The position numbers and the translations under genes are program-made. Of a stretch of 64,000 bases of DNA, positions 1 to 8,392 are shown piece after piece. Every line of letters starts with the position of its first letter. Position 1 is the stretch's first letter. The notes below the pieces were generated by a model. That model was not told the origin of the DNA, did no database searches, and saw only the letters and a program-made list of their open reading frames with translations. The stretch is from a virus. Location of the stretch: the IMG/VR virus record IMGVR_UViG_3300008267_000025, positions 13,674-77,673 of that record. One strand, given 5' to 3'.

Positions 1-2
1 AA

Positions 3-743
3 ATCAAAATTATCTATAACAAAAACGGTGTAAATTTAACTTTAAACTTAGGTACTAAAACATTCTTAACTGATGTTTCAAATACCGATGTGGTTAGATA
101 TTTGAAAGGTATTTTCACAAACAAGTCAAGATTCAAATCAAGATTTACCGATGACTTTAAAAGAGCATTCACCGAGACAAATGACCAAGATTTCGAATGT
201 TCTGAATTATTAAATGAGTTGTTATCAACTTACGATACTGTAGAACCATATACTTACTCTGAAGCATTCAGATTAGAAAACAGAGAGTTCCAAGCCATGG
301 TGTTTGGAAGTATAAACATCACTGATATGATTACTGAATTAGGTCATACTCGTATTAAAGTGGATGGTATTCAAGTTAAGCATAAAAAGTATAAATCAAA
401 CGGTGACTTTGAAGGGTTTGTTGAATATGACAATATCTATGAAACTCACGAAGTGTCAGGTAAAAAAATTGGTTTAGAAGAAAATCTATACGCTGTTAAA
501 TGTTGGTGTACTTCAACTAATAAGGAGCATTGGTTGTGGATTGAAGAACAATACAAAGACAATCCATTAGAAGCTGTGGCATCCACATTCAGATTACATG
601 AGAATGTTATTCCACATATCAAAGAAATCAAACGTCAAGGTGATATCTTACTTTTAGAAATGAATGAAGATGTCAAACCAGAAGGTAATGTAGTACCACT
701 CACGGCAGCCCAGTACTTTGGTTTATTGACCGCACAATCTTAA
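3..743 (+). CDS. Hypothetical phage protein, 5'-truncated by window edge (DUF6745-like C-terminal motif)
   Basis: Frame is open from nt 3. Motif VKCWCTST...LEAVASTF...RQGDILL. Followed by a terminator. Confidence 0.55.
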   Translation: MKIIYNKNGVNLTLNLGTKTFLTDVSNTDVVRYLKGIFTNKSRFKSRFTDDFKRAFTETNDQDFECSELLNELLSTYDTVEPYTYSEAFRLENREFQAMVFGSINITDMITELGHTRIKVDGIQVKHKKYKSNGDFEGFVEYDNIYETHEVSGKKIGLEENLYAVKCWCTSTNKEHWLWIEEQYKDNPLEAVASTFRLHENVIPHIKEIKRQGDILLLEMNEDVKPEGNVVPLTAAQYFGLLTAQS

Positions 744-748
744 TTTAG

Positions 749-771
749 AACCCCTTTAATTAGGGGTTTTT
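749..771 (+). terminator. Intrinsic terminator
   Basis: AACCCCT-ttaatt-AGGGGTT followed by T-tract. Confidence 0.8.
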
Positions 772-797
772 CTTTTTAACTTTTAAATATCAGTAAT

Positions 798-1034
798 GTG
801 AATGAAAATAATGATAAAAGTGAATCTCATGGATATTGGGAAGTTTACCATAATAACGGCAATCTATCTCATAAAGTAAATTATATTAATGGTAAAAAAG
901 ATGGTTATTGGAAAAGTTATTGGTTAAATGGTAATTTGAATTATAAAGGTGAATATATTAATGGTCAAAATAGGGGCTATTGGGAATGGTATTGGGTTGA
1001 TGGTAAATTAGAAGAAAAACAATTTTACTTATGA
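798..1034 (+). CDS. MORN2/YwqK-like repeat protein (long form)
   Basis: GYWE..NGNL..K..YING repeats, ends KQFYL; GTG start. Confidence 0.85.
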   Translation: MNENNDKSESHGYWEVYHNNGNLSHKVNYINGKKDGYWKSYWLNGNLNYKGEYINGQNRGYWEWYWVDGKLEEKQFYL

Positions 1035-1273
1035 ATCAAAGAAATGATAAAGGAGAACGTATTGGTTATTGGGAAGACTATTGGTCTAATGGTAATCTAG
1101 ATTTTAAAGGGAATTACACTCTAAATGGTAAAAAAGATGGTTACTGGGAAAGTTGTTATGTGAACGGTAATTTATATAGTAGAGGGAATTATATTAATGA
1201 TGAAAGAGATGGTCTTTGGGAATGGGGTGATTTTAATGATAATGAAATAATAACTAAAGCGTTTTACTTATGA
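1031..1273 (+). CDS. MORN2/YwqK-like repeat protein
   Basis: Same motifs, ATGA overlap. Confidence 0.88.
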   Translation: MNQRNDKGERIGYWEDYWSNGNLDFKGNYTLNGKKDGYWESCYVNGNLYSRGNYINDERDGLWEWGDFNDNEIITKAFYL

Positions 1274-1506
1274 ATCAACATAATGATAAAGGTCAGAAAC
1301 ATGGCTATTGGGAAAGATATTATCTTGATAGTAAAGTAAAAAGTAAAGGCAATTATATCAATGGTAAAAGTGATGGTCTTTGGGTGTATTATTATAATAA
1401 CGGTAATTTAGGTTATAAAGGAAGTTATGTTAATGGTGAAAGATATGGTTACTGGGAGTGGTGTAAGTTTGATGGTGGATTATATCAAAAAGAATTTGTC
1501 TTATGA
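1270..1506 (+). CDS. MORN2/YwqK-like repeat protein
   Basis: Same motifs, ATGA overlap. Confidence 0.88.
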   Translation: MNQHNDKGQKHGYWERYYLDSKVKSKGNYINGKSDGLWVYYYNNGNLGYKGSYVNGERYGYWEWCKFDGGLYQKEFVL

Positions 1507-1748
1507 ATAAAAGAATCAATAAAGGAGAAAAACATGGATATTGGGAAAGATATTATCCTAATGGTAATTTAAACTTTAAAGGTTATTTCAATAATGGTAA
1601 AACTCATGGTCTTTGGGAAAGTTATTATCAAAATGGTGATTTAATGTATAAAGGTAGTTATATTAATGATGAACGTATTGGATTATGGGAGTGGTATCCA
1701 TTAATTCATAATGAATATAATCGAATAGAAAAAGAATTTTACTTATGA
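1503..1748 (+). CDS. MORN2/YwqK-like repeat protein (81 aa; close paralog of 2073..2318)
   Basis: Same motifs; shared W.P.I.NE.N.IEKEFYL tail. Confidence 0.88.
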   Translation: MNKRINKGEKHGYWERYYPNGNLNFKGYFNNGKTHGLWESYYQNGDLMYKGSYINDERIGLWEWYPLIHNEYNRIEKEFYL

Positions 1749-1909
1749 ATCAACATAACGATAAAGGTCAGAAACACGGTTACTGGGAACATTATTATTT
1801 TGAAGAGGTTATATGGTATAGGGTTAATTATGACAATGGTAATATGGTTGGTTGCTGTGAACTTTTTAATAGTTTTGGTGAATTAACAGCTAAAGCATTT
1901 TTCTTATGA
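1745..1909 (+). CDS. MORN2-like repeat protein, short 54 aa form (not in ORF track)
   Basis: Manual translation MNQHNDKGQKHGYWEHYYFEEVIWYRVNYDNGNMVGCCELFNSFGELTAKAFFL. Confidence 0.85.
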   Translation: MNQHNDKGQKHGYWEHYYFEEVIWYRVNYDNGNMVGCCELFNSFGELTAKAFFL

Positions 1910-2076
1910 ATGAATATAATGATAAACATGAACCCCATGGTTATTGGGAAATATACTGGGGTGATAGTAACGAACATTTAATGTTTAAAGGAATTTTTAT
2001 TAACGGAATTGAAAGTGGGTATTGGGAATGGAATTCAATTGATAGTAAATTAAAACATAAAGCATTTTACTTATGA
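1906..2076 (+). CDS. MORN2-like repeat protein, short 56 aa form (not in ORF track)
   Basis: MNEYNDKHEPHGYWEIYWGDSNEHLMFKGIFINGIESGYWEWNSIDSKLKHKAFYL. Confidence 0.85.
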   Translation: MNEYNDKHEPHGYWEIYWGDSNEHLMFKGIFINGIESGYWEWNSIDSKLKHKAFYL

Positions 2077-2318
2077 ATGGATATAACAGTAAAGGACAAA
2101 GACAGGGTTATTGGGAAAAGCGGTATCCTAATGGTAATTTAGACTATAAAGGTTATTACATTAACGGCAAGCGTCAAGGTGTTTGGGAAAGTTATTATCA
2201 AAATGGAAAGTTGTCTTGGAAAGGTAATTTTAATGATGATTTGTATACAGGATATTTCGAATGGCATCCAATCATTATAAATGAACACAATCAAATAGAA
2301 AAAGAATTTTACTTATGA
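2073..2318 (+). CDS. MORN2/YwqK-like repeat protein
   Basis: Same motifs. Confidence 0.88.
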   Translation: MNGYNSKGQRQGYWEKRYPNGNLDYKGYYINGKRQGVWESYYQNGKLSWKGNFNDDLYTGYFEWHPIIINEHNQIEKEFYL

Positions 2319-2551
2319 ATCAATTAAATAGTAAAGAATACTTATACGGATATCCTGATGAAAATATCTTTAGCACGGAATGGTTTAAAGGGTATTACCT
2401 TAATGGTGAATATTATGGGTATTGGGAGTGGTATTCAACTAACGGTAATGTATGGCTGAAAGGTCATTACCTTAATAATAAAGAAAATGGATATTGGGAA
2501 CATTATATTTATAATGAAGATAAATTAAATCAAAAACTATTTTACTTATAA
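2315..2551 (+). CDS. MORN2/YwqK-like repeat protein (divergent N-terminus, last in array)
   Basis: GYWEWY..NGNV.LKG.Y; ends KLFYL-TAA. Confidence 0.85.
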   Translation: MNQLNSKEYLYGYPDENIFSTEWFKGYYLNGEYYGYWEWYSTNGNVWLKGHYLNNKENGYWEHYIYNEDKLNQKLFYL

Positions 2552-2587
2552 TATTTAATGTTATATTAACTATTTATTAAATAAAAA

Positions 2588-3073
2588 ATGAGTAACATAC
2601 GTGATATAATCAAAAAAGTTTTGAATGAGAATCATCAAGAAAAAATTAATGCTATTTTAGATAAAATCAATTTAGTTGGATTTGAGAATTTATCTGACTA
2701 TGAGAAATCATTATTGGGTAAATTATCTAAAGATGAATATAAATACAATTCAATTGACGAAGAAGTTATTGATTGGTTAGATAAACGTTATGGTAAATTT
2801 ATAGTGGATGAATTTACTGAAAAAAGTTTTGGTAGATTTACTAATAAAGGATTTAATTTTTTAAATGATGACCTTGATTTAATGATGAAACTCGTGGTTC
2901 ATGTTGATGATAGAAGAGATAATATTCTATATGTACATTACAGTATTTTTAGTGAATTAAAAAAAGAATTTAATTTGGATGATGACCAAGAAGAACAAAT
3001 TTTAAAGATGTGGTTAAATAAAACTTACCCAAATTTCAATTTTAATCACGTTAAAATTAGTCAACTATTTTAA
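2588..3073 (+). CDS. Hypothetical protein with DUF6576-like helical motif
   Basis: INAILDKINLVGFENLSDYEKSLL; TATTTAT upstream. Confidence 0.6.
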   Translation: MSNIRDIIKKVLNENHQEKINAILDKINLVGFENLSDYEKSLLGKLSKDEYKYNSIDEEVIDWLDKRYGKFIVDEFTEKSFGRFTNKGFNFLNDDLDLMMKLVVHVDDRRDNILYVHYSIFSELKKEFNLDDDQEEQILKMWLNKTYPNFNFNHVKISQLF

Positions 3074-3625
3074 ATACTTGTGTAATTTCCATCTATCAAC
3101 ATCCGATATTTCTTTTTTAAGTTCTTCGTAATTAACATTTAATTGGTTTGTTAAATCAGGTGAACCGTCATGATTCATCGTATAAAATAGGTTATTGTTT
3201 TTATCGTAAACCATGTTAACTGATTCTAATGTAATGTAAGAAATATAATCCATAGTGTTTATAAAACATACTTTAATACTTGTACCAAAACATTTGTTAA
3301 CCCCAATATGATTCAATAAACTAACAAACTCATTAGAGATTACACCCAAATATATTGAACAACCTTCAGGTAATCCATTTGTTATTCTACATTTTTCAGT
3401 TATTGGTAAAAATTGAGGTATTCTCTTATCAGTATTAACCTCAATAATAAAATTATATATTTCAAAATATGGGTTATCTGTTTTAATAATATCGGTATTA
3501 ACGATTACGTTAGCTTCAAATTTATAATCGAACTTAAAACCTGTCAATTCTTCAATAATCTTATTACCCATTGCATTATATAACGTGGTAATTATTTTAT
3601 TGATATTTTTACTTAACATTATCAT
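3065..3625 (-). CDS. Hypothetical protein
   Basis: 186 aa ORF; TATATTTG on minus strand just upstream. Confidence 0.65.
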   Translation of the reverse strand: MIMLSKNINKIITTLYNAMGNKIIEELTGFKFDYKFEANVIVNTDIIKTDNPYFEIYNFIIEVNTDKRIPQFLPITEKCRITNGLPEGCSIYLGVISNEFVSLLNHIGVNKCFGTSIKVCFINTMDYISYITLESVNMVYDKNNNLFYTMNHDGSPDLTNQLNVNYEELKKEISDVDRWKLHKYLK

Positions 3626-3695
3626 GTAACAAATATATAAATAATTTTTAAAATATTATATTTGTTATATCACAATAAAAATAATATATTTGTTT

Positions 3696-3935
3696 ATGAA
3701 TAATATTGAAGAATATTACCCTGATGAAATAATATTAAAAGCAGATGGGTTCGATGATGCTATAATAGGTATTGATGATATCTCAATGAGATTAATTTAT
3801 TCCGTATCTAAATGTCTTGAAATCTTAAAAAAAGATATGGATGAAGAAGAAGCTATAGAATATTTTGATTTTAATGTGAAATATGCTTATGTTGGTGATA
3901 AAACACCTATTTGGTGTGTTGATAATTTAATATAA
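3696..3935 (+). CDS. Small phage hypothetical protein (DGFDDAIIG family)
   Basis: ADGFDDAIIG...EAIEYFDFN...YVGDKTPIW; ATG 4 nt after TATATTTG. Confidence 0.75.
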   Translation: MNNIEEYYPDEIILKADGFDDAIIGIDDISMRLIYSVSKCLEILKKDMDEEEAIEYFDFNVKYAYVGDKTPIWCVDNLI

Positions 3936-3953
3936 TAATGTATTTATCATATT

Positions 3954-4457
3954 ATGAAAGAAAAACATATCAATGGCTTAGTAAAAATGATTAATTTGTA
4001 TGGTCTTGTTAAGACATCAGAAATGACAGGATTATCAATTTATGAATTAGCAATTAAAACTAATTTTAAATTAGATTTAGATACATACCAAATTATTTTA
4101 AAATCTTTATCTAAAAACAAACTTATCCCATCTACATACAAAGATTTTGAGATTTATATAGATAATTTTAGTGGTATTTATAATTGGGGTGGTCCTATAT
4201 ATGATGGAAATGGTGAAAAATATTATATAGAAGCAATGGCAACACCATTTTGGGATGATTATGGAATACCTGTTGAGATTATTAGTATAGATTCATCAGA
4301 GATTGATGATGATAATTTTTCATACATTAAAGTCGATGATAAGATTGAAACTGTTGATGAATTAATACGGTGGTATAATGAGTTTTATTTACCAAAAACT
4401 TATGAAAAGATAGTTACATTGTTTTCAGATTTATTAGAAACAGGTTATTATAATTAA
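3954..4457 (+). CDS. Hypothetical protein
   Basis: 167 aa ORF after TATTTAT; N-terminus resembles that of 25409..26452. Confidence 0.7.
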   Translation: MKEKHINGLVKMINLYGLVKTSEMTGLSIYELAIKTNFKLDLDTYQIILKSLSKNKLIPSTYKDFEIYIDNFSGIYNWGGPIYDGNGEKYYIEAMATPFWDDYGIPVEIISIDSSEIDDDNFSYIKVDDKIETVDELIRWYNEFYLPKTYEKIVTLFSDLLETGYYN

Positions 4458-4458
4458 T

Positions 4459-4803
4459 ATGTGTAAAATAATAATTGCTGGTAGTAGGACATTTAATGAT
4501 TATAACTTATTGATAAAAACACTTAAAGAATTAAATTTAAATATTACAGAAATTGTTAGTGGAACGGCAAAAGGTGCTGATTCATTGGGTGAAAAATTCG
4601 CCACCGAAAATAATATACCAATTAAAAAATTCCCCCCAAATTGGTCTAAATATCATAAATCCGCAGGTGTTATCAGAAACCAAGAAATGATTGATTATGG
4701 GGATGTTTTAATAGCGTTTTGGGATAGAAATAGTAAAGGTACTCAGGATTCTATTAATAAAGCTCAAAAATCAGGTAAAAAAGTGTTCGTAATTGAATTT
4801 TAA
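4459..4803 (+). CDS. SLOG/YspA-like (DUF2493) nucleotide-binding protein
   Basis: IIIAGSRTF, SGTAKGADSLGE, AGVIRNQEM, AFWD..SKGT. Confidence 0.85.
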   Translation: MCKIIIAGSRTFNDYNLLIKTLKELNLNITEIVSGTAKGADSLGEKFATENNIPIKKFPPNWSKYHKSAGVIRNQEMIDYGDVLIAFWDRNSKGTQDSINKAQKSGKKVFVIEF

Positions 4804-4857
4804 TTTTTTTAATCTCAATTTAATTACTTATCTTTGTTAATACTAAAACATAGTATT

Positions 4858-5175
4858 ATGGCAAAAAAAATAACCCAAACTTCACCTGTTAAAGTATTAC
4901 ATGAAACTCAATTAATTAATCGTGATTCGGCAAGAGTCTGTAAAATAGTTGAATTTAATGGTAAAAAATTCAAAATAATTTACGATTTAAGAAATGGTAT
5001 TAGTGACCTTTCTTGTTACGTTATGGATAATTATGGTGCGTTTCAATTCGCCTTAAACAAATACGATATAGGTCATAATTTTACGTGTTCTTATGTTAAT
5101 AATGAAGAAACTAAAAAATCAGATATTAAAGTAGCTTTAGACTTATGTGAAAAAGTAATTATTAAAATATATTAA
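4858..5175 (+). CDS. Hypothetical protein
   Basis: ORF downstream of TATCTTTG promoter element. Confidence 0.65.
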   Translation: MAKKITQTSPVKVLHETQLINRDSARVCKIVEFNGKKFKIIYDLRNGISDLSCYVMDNYGAFQFALNKYDIGHNFTCSYVNNEETKKSDIKVALDLCEKVIIKIY

Positions 5176-5186
5176 TAATTTTACTT

Positions 5187-5351
5187 ATGAATAAATTTAA
5201 TGATAAAGGTAAAAAGCATGGATATTGGGAAGGATATTATTCACATAGTAAGTTAATGTATAAAGGAAATTATAATAATGGAGTTCAAACAGGTTGTTGG
5301 GAATGGTATTACTTAGATGGTAATTTTTTAACAAAAGAATTTTTTTTATAA
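5187..5351 (+). CDS. Orphan MORN2-like repeat protein, 54 aa (not in ORF track)
   Basis: MNKFNDKGKKHGYWEGYYSHSKLMYKGNYNNGVQTGCWEWYYLDGNFLTKEFFL. Confidence 0.85.
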   Translation: MNKFNDKGKKHGYWEGYYSHSKLMYKGNYNNGVQTGCWEWYYLDGNFLTKEFFL

Positions 5352-5374
5352 TATATTTATATAAAAAAGAAATT

Positions 5375-5941
5375 ATGAGTAAAGAAATGAGAGAACAAAT
5401 TGATAAATTTAATAAATTACTTTTATCGGATTTTGATAAACCGACTTTAGATAGTTTATCTTCTATTTTAAATACAAATGTGAACATTATTGATTTTAAT
5501 GATTTTGGTAAACTGAGTAGTAAAGATGGTAAATTTGAACTAAACGGTGGTAAAAAACAAAAAATAAAAGATTATTATGTTGATATTCAAAATATTGATA
5601 TTGTGAAAAAAAATAACAGTATTGTTGATGTAACACTTTTAGTTATGACCATTTCAAATGAGTCAGAAACTATTGATATTGATTATGTTAAATCAACAGG
5701 TAAATTTAATGTGGTGTCTGTATCACCAGTTGATGTTGATTATAAAGATAAAGGTTTTACAAAAATATCTTTAGACAAATACACCAACGATAACAATATG
5801 GCTGGTTATACGATAAACAATAAGTTTATTAGTGATAGAAAAGAATTGGCTAAACATTTTATAAGTATTAAGAAATTACAACCAAATGATTTCAAAAAAT
5901 TAATACAACATTTAGGCGTATCTTATAAAAATTTAAAATAA
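5375..5941 (+). CDS. Hypothetical protein
   Basis: 188 aa ORF after TATTTAT. Confidence 0.7.
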   Translation: MSKEMREQIDKFNKLLLSDFDKPTLDSLSSILNTNVNIIDFNDFGKLSSKDGKFELNGGKKQKIKDYYVDIQNIDIVKKNNSIVDVTLLVMTISNESETIDIDYVKSTGKFNVVSVSPVDVDYKDKGFTKISLDKYTNDNNMAGYTINNKFISDRKELAKHFISIKKLQPNDFKKLIQHLGVSYKNLK

Positions 5942-5961
5942 TAGTAAAAAATAGTGTATAT

Positions 5962-5990
5962 AAACCCTGACTAACCATCAGGGTTTTTTT
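5962..5990 (+). terminator. Intrinsic terminator upstream of array 2
   Basis: AACCCTGA-ctaacca-TCAGGGTT + T-tract. Confidence 0.85.
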
Positions 5991-6010
5991 GTTTATATCA
6001 AAATAAACAG

Positions 6011-6018
6011 TATATTTG
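6011..6018 (+). promoter_or_regulatory. Bacteroidota-type -7 promoter element driving MORN array 2 (probably leaderless mRNA)
   Basis: TATATTTG, ATG at 6023. Confidence 0.7.
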
Positions 6019-6022
6019 TAAT

Positions 6023-6259
6023 ATGAATCAATTAAATGATAAAGGTGAACGTCACGGGTATTGGGAAGAATACTGGTCAAATAATGTTATATCATCTAAA
6101 GGTGAATATATTAACAACAATAGGGTTGGTCTTTGGATATTGTACAGAACTGACGGCATCTTATCTTGTAAAGGAAATATACTTAATGGTGAACAAACAG
6201 GTTGTTGGGAATGGTATGATAAAAAAGGTAAATTAACACATAAAGCATTTTACTTATGA
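6023..6259 (+). CDS. MORN2/YwqK-like repeat protein
   Basis: Motifs as array 1. Confidence 0.88.
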   Translation: MNQLNDKGERHGYWEEYWSNNVISSKGEYINNNRVGLWILYRTDGILSCKGNILNGEQTGCWEWYDKKGKLTHKAFYL

Positions 6260-6420
6260 ATGAATTTAATGATAAAGGAAACGCTCATGGTTATTGGGAA
6301 ACATATTGGAATAATGATAAGTCACACTGGGAAGGTAATTTTAATAATGGTATAGAATGTGGTTATTGGACGTGGTATAAACCTGATGGTGAAATATTTC
6401 AAAAAGAATTTTACTTATGA
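6256..6420 (+). CDS. MORN2-like protein, 54 aa (not in ORF track)
   Basis: MNEFNDKGNAHGYWETYWNNDKSHWEGNFNNGIECGYWTWYKPDGEIFQKEFYL. Confidence 0.85.
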   Translation: MNEFNDKGNAHGYWETYWNNDKSHWEGNFNNGIECGYWTWYKPDGEIFQKEFYL

Positions 6421-6653
6421 ATCAATATAATGATAAAGGACAAAGACATGGTTATTGGGAATTTTATTATCTTAATGATACTATAGCATATAAAGGAAGT
6501 TTCAATAATGGGAAAGAAGATGGGAATTGTGAGGGTTATTATAATAATAAAAATTTACAGTTTAAAGGAAATTTCATTAATGGCGTAAAGAATGGTTATT
6601 GTGTAAGTTATAATTTAAATGGTAGTTTAAGAAATAAAGAATTTTATTTATGA
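6417..6653 (+). CDS. MORN2/YwqK-like repeat protein
   Basis: Motifs as above. Confidence 0.88.
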   Translation: MNQYNDKGQRHGYWEFYYLNDTIAYKGSFNNGKEDGNCEGYYNNKNLQFKGNFINGVKNGYCVSYNLNGSLRNKEFYL

Positions 6654-6886
6654 ATCAATATAATGATAAAGGACAATTTCATGGTTATTGGGAACATCAT
6701 TATTTGTGTGGTGAATTGTTAGGTAAAGGAACTTATATAAACGGTAAACGTCACGGATATTGGGAAGACTGTTATCGGAACGGAAAATTACAATGGGTTG
6801 GTAACTACAATAATGGAGAACGTATTGGTTATTGGGGTTGGTATAATAAGGATGGTAAATTAGAAGAAAAAGAATTTTACTTATGA
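6650..6886 (+). CDS. MORN2/YwqK-like repeat protein
   Basis: Motifs as above. Confidence 0.88.
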   Translation: MNQYNDKGQFHGYWEHHYLCGELLGKGTYINGKRHGYWEDCYRNGKLQWVGNYNNGERIGYWGWYNKDGKLEEKEFYL

Positions 6887-7053
6887 ATAAATATAATTAC
6901 AACGATAAAGGTCAGAGACACGGTTACTGGGAATTATATTGGCTCAATGGTAATCCATGGTGTAGAGGAAGTTATATTAATAACGCTGCAACTGGTTATT
7001 GGGAATGGTATGATGATAGTGGAGAATTTTTTGAAAAACAATTTTACTTATGA
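6883..7053 (+). CDS. MORN2-like protein, 56 aa (not in ORF track)
   Basis: MNKYNYNDKGQRHGYWELYWLNGNPWCRGSYINNAATGYWEWYDDSGEFFEKQFYL. Confidence 0.85.
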   Translation: MNKYNYNDKGQRHGYWELYWLNGNPWCRGSYINNAATGYWEWYDDSGEFFEKQFYL

Positions 7054-7286
7054 ATCAATATAACGATAAAGGTGAACGTCATGGGTATTGGGAAGGATAT
7101 CGAGGTAATGGTAATTTATGGTCTAAAGGAAACTATGTCAATGATAAACGTAACGGATGTTGGGAATTTTACTGGGGAAATGGTAAATTACAATGGAAAG
7201 GTAATTATAATAATGGTATAGAACGTGGTATTTGGGTGTGGTATGACAGTGATGGTAAATTAAAAGAGAAAGTTTTTCACTTATGA
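7050..7286 (+). CDS. MORN2/YwqK-like repeat protein
   Basis: Motifs as above. Confidence 0.88.
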   Translation: MNQYNDKGERHGYWEGYRGNGNLWSKGNYVNDKRNGCWEFYWGNGKLQWKGNYNNGIERGIWVWYDSDGKLKEKVFHL

Positions 7287-7519
7287 ATAAATTAAACGAT
7301 AAAGGTTATAAACATGGATATTGGGAAATATATGACAGTTATAACAATCTCTATGCTAAAGGAGAATACATTAACGGATTTAAGAATGGTTATTGGGAGG
7401 AATATTATTCTAATGGTAACTTAGTATGGAAAGGTTATTTTAAAGATAATAAGGATGTTGACTTTTGGCAATTCTATAGTATGTCAGGTAATTTAGCATT
7501 AAAAACTTTTAGATTATGA
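7283..7519 (+). CDS. MORN2/YwqK-like repeat protein
   Basis: Motifs as above. Confidence 0.88.
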   Translation: MNKLNDKGYKHGYWEIYDSYNNLYAKGEYINGFKNGYWEEYYSNGNLVWKGYFKDNKDVDFWQFYSMSGNLALKTFRL

Positions 7520-7752
7520 ATGAAAGAGATGATAAAGGTAAACGTCACGGATATTGGGAAAATTATTTTTCTAATGGTAATATATCTTGGAAAGGTAATT
7601 TCATTAATGGTGAACCTGATGGTTATTGGGAGTACTATTATTTTAATGGTAATATATCGTATAAAGGAAATTATAATAATGGAGAAAGTAACTGTTACTG
7701 TGAATATTATAGCCCTGACGGTATAATAAAAGAAAAAGGATTTCACTTATGA
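7516..7752 (+). CDS. MORN2/YwqK-like repeat protein
   Basis: Motifs as above. Confidence 0.88.
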   Translation: MNERDDKGKRHGYWENYFSNGNISWKGNFINGEPDGYWEYYYFNGNISYKGNYNNGESNCYCEYYSPDGIIKEKGFHL

Positions 7753-7985
7753 ATCAATATAACGAAAATAGGTTAAAAGAAGGTTATTGGGAAGCTTATT
7801 ATTCTAATGGTAACCTGGGGTATAAAGGGAATTATATTAATGGTAAGTCAGTTGGTTATTGGGAAGAATATTATGTTAATGGTAATTTATCTAAAAAAGG
7901 TAATTATATTAATGATGAATATATAGGTAATTGGGAATGGTATGACAGTAATGGTAATTTATACGAAAAAGAATTTTACTTATGA
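7749..7985 (+). CDS. MORN2/YwqK-like repeat protein (close paralog of 8143..8379)
   Basis: Shares LKEGYWEAYYSNGNL with 8143 at the DNA level. Confidence 0.88.
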   Translation: MNQYNENRLKEGYWEAYYSNGNLGYKGNYINGKSVGYWEEYYVNGNLSKKGNYINDEYIGNWEWYDSNGNLYEKEFYL

Positions 7986-8146
7986 ATCAATTTAATGAAA
8001 GAGGTGAACACCACGGATATTGGGAAGAAACTTATTTTAACGATGTTATATGGTATAAAGGAAATTATGTCAACAATCAAATGGTTGGTCATTGGGAAGT
8101 TTTTAATGTTTTTGGTCAAATAACAGATAAAGCGTTTTTTTTATGA
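7982..8146 (+). CDS. MORN2-like protein, 54 aa (not in ORF track; closest to 1745..1909)
   Basis: MNQFNERGEHHGYWEETYFNDVIWYKGNYVNNQMVGHWEVFNVFGQITDKAFFL. Confidence 0.85.
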   Translation: MNQFNERGEHHGYWEETYFNDVIWYKGNYVNNQMVGHWEVFNVFGQITDKAFFL

Positions 8147-8379
8147 ATCAATTTAATGATAAAGGGTTAAAAGAAGGTTATTGGGAAGCTTATTATTCTA
8201 ATGGTAACCTGTGGTATAAAGGAAATTTCAGTAATGATAAGTCAGTTGGTTATTGTGAAGAATATTATCTGAATGGTAGTTTATATTGTAAAGGTGAGTT
8301 TAACTACGATGAATATTTAGGTTATTGGGAATGGTACTATATAGATGGTAATTTAGTTATTAAAGAATTTTACTTATGA
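8143..8379 (+). CDS. MORN2/YwqK-like repeat protein
   Basis: Motifs as above. Confidence 0.88.
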   Translation: MNQFNDKGLKEGYWEAYYSNGNLWYKGNFSNDKSVGYCEEYYLNGSLYCKGEFNYDEYLGYWEWYYIDGNLVIKEFYL

Positions 8380-8392
8380 ATATAATGATAAT

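Larger units (their letters stand above)
798..2551 (+). repeat. MORN2 mini-gene array 1 (8 genes)
   Basis: Eight paralogs joined by TTATGA stop/start overlaps, with GYWE.Y..NG.L..KG.Y.NG repeats. Confidence 0.95.
6023..8379 (+). repeat. MORN2 mini-gene array 2 (11 genes)
   Basis: Eleven paralogs, all junctions TTATGA. Confidence 0.95.

Noticed and set aside
798-8379. Diversity-generating retroelement or CRISPR array explaining the repeats
   Set aside because: Repeats are intact coding units, differences between close paralogs are not adenine-restricted, there is no reverse transcriptase or template repeat in the window, and there is no repeat-spacer structure.
798-8379. Programmed frameshifting or TGA readthrough fusing MORN units into one polyprotein
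   Set aside because: Units lie in successive -1 frames, but no consistent X_XXY_YYZ heptamer is present and every unit has its own conserved start. Stop/restart coupling is simpler; fusion is not formally excluded.
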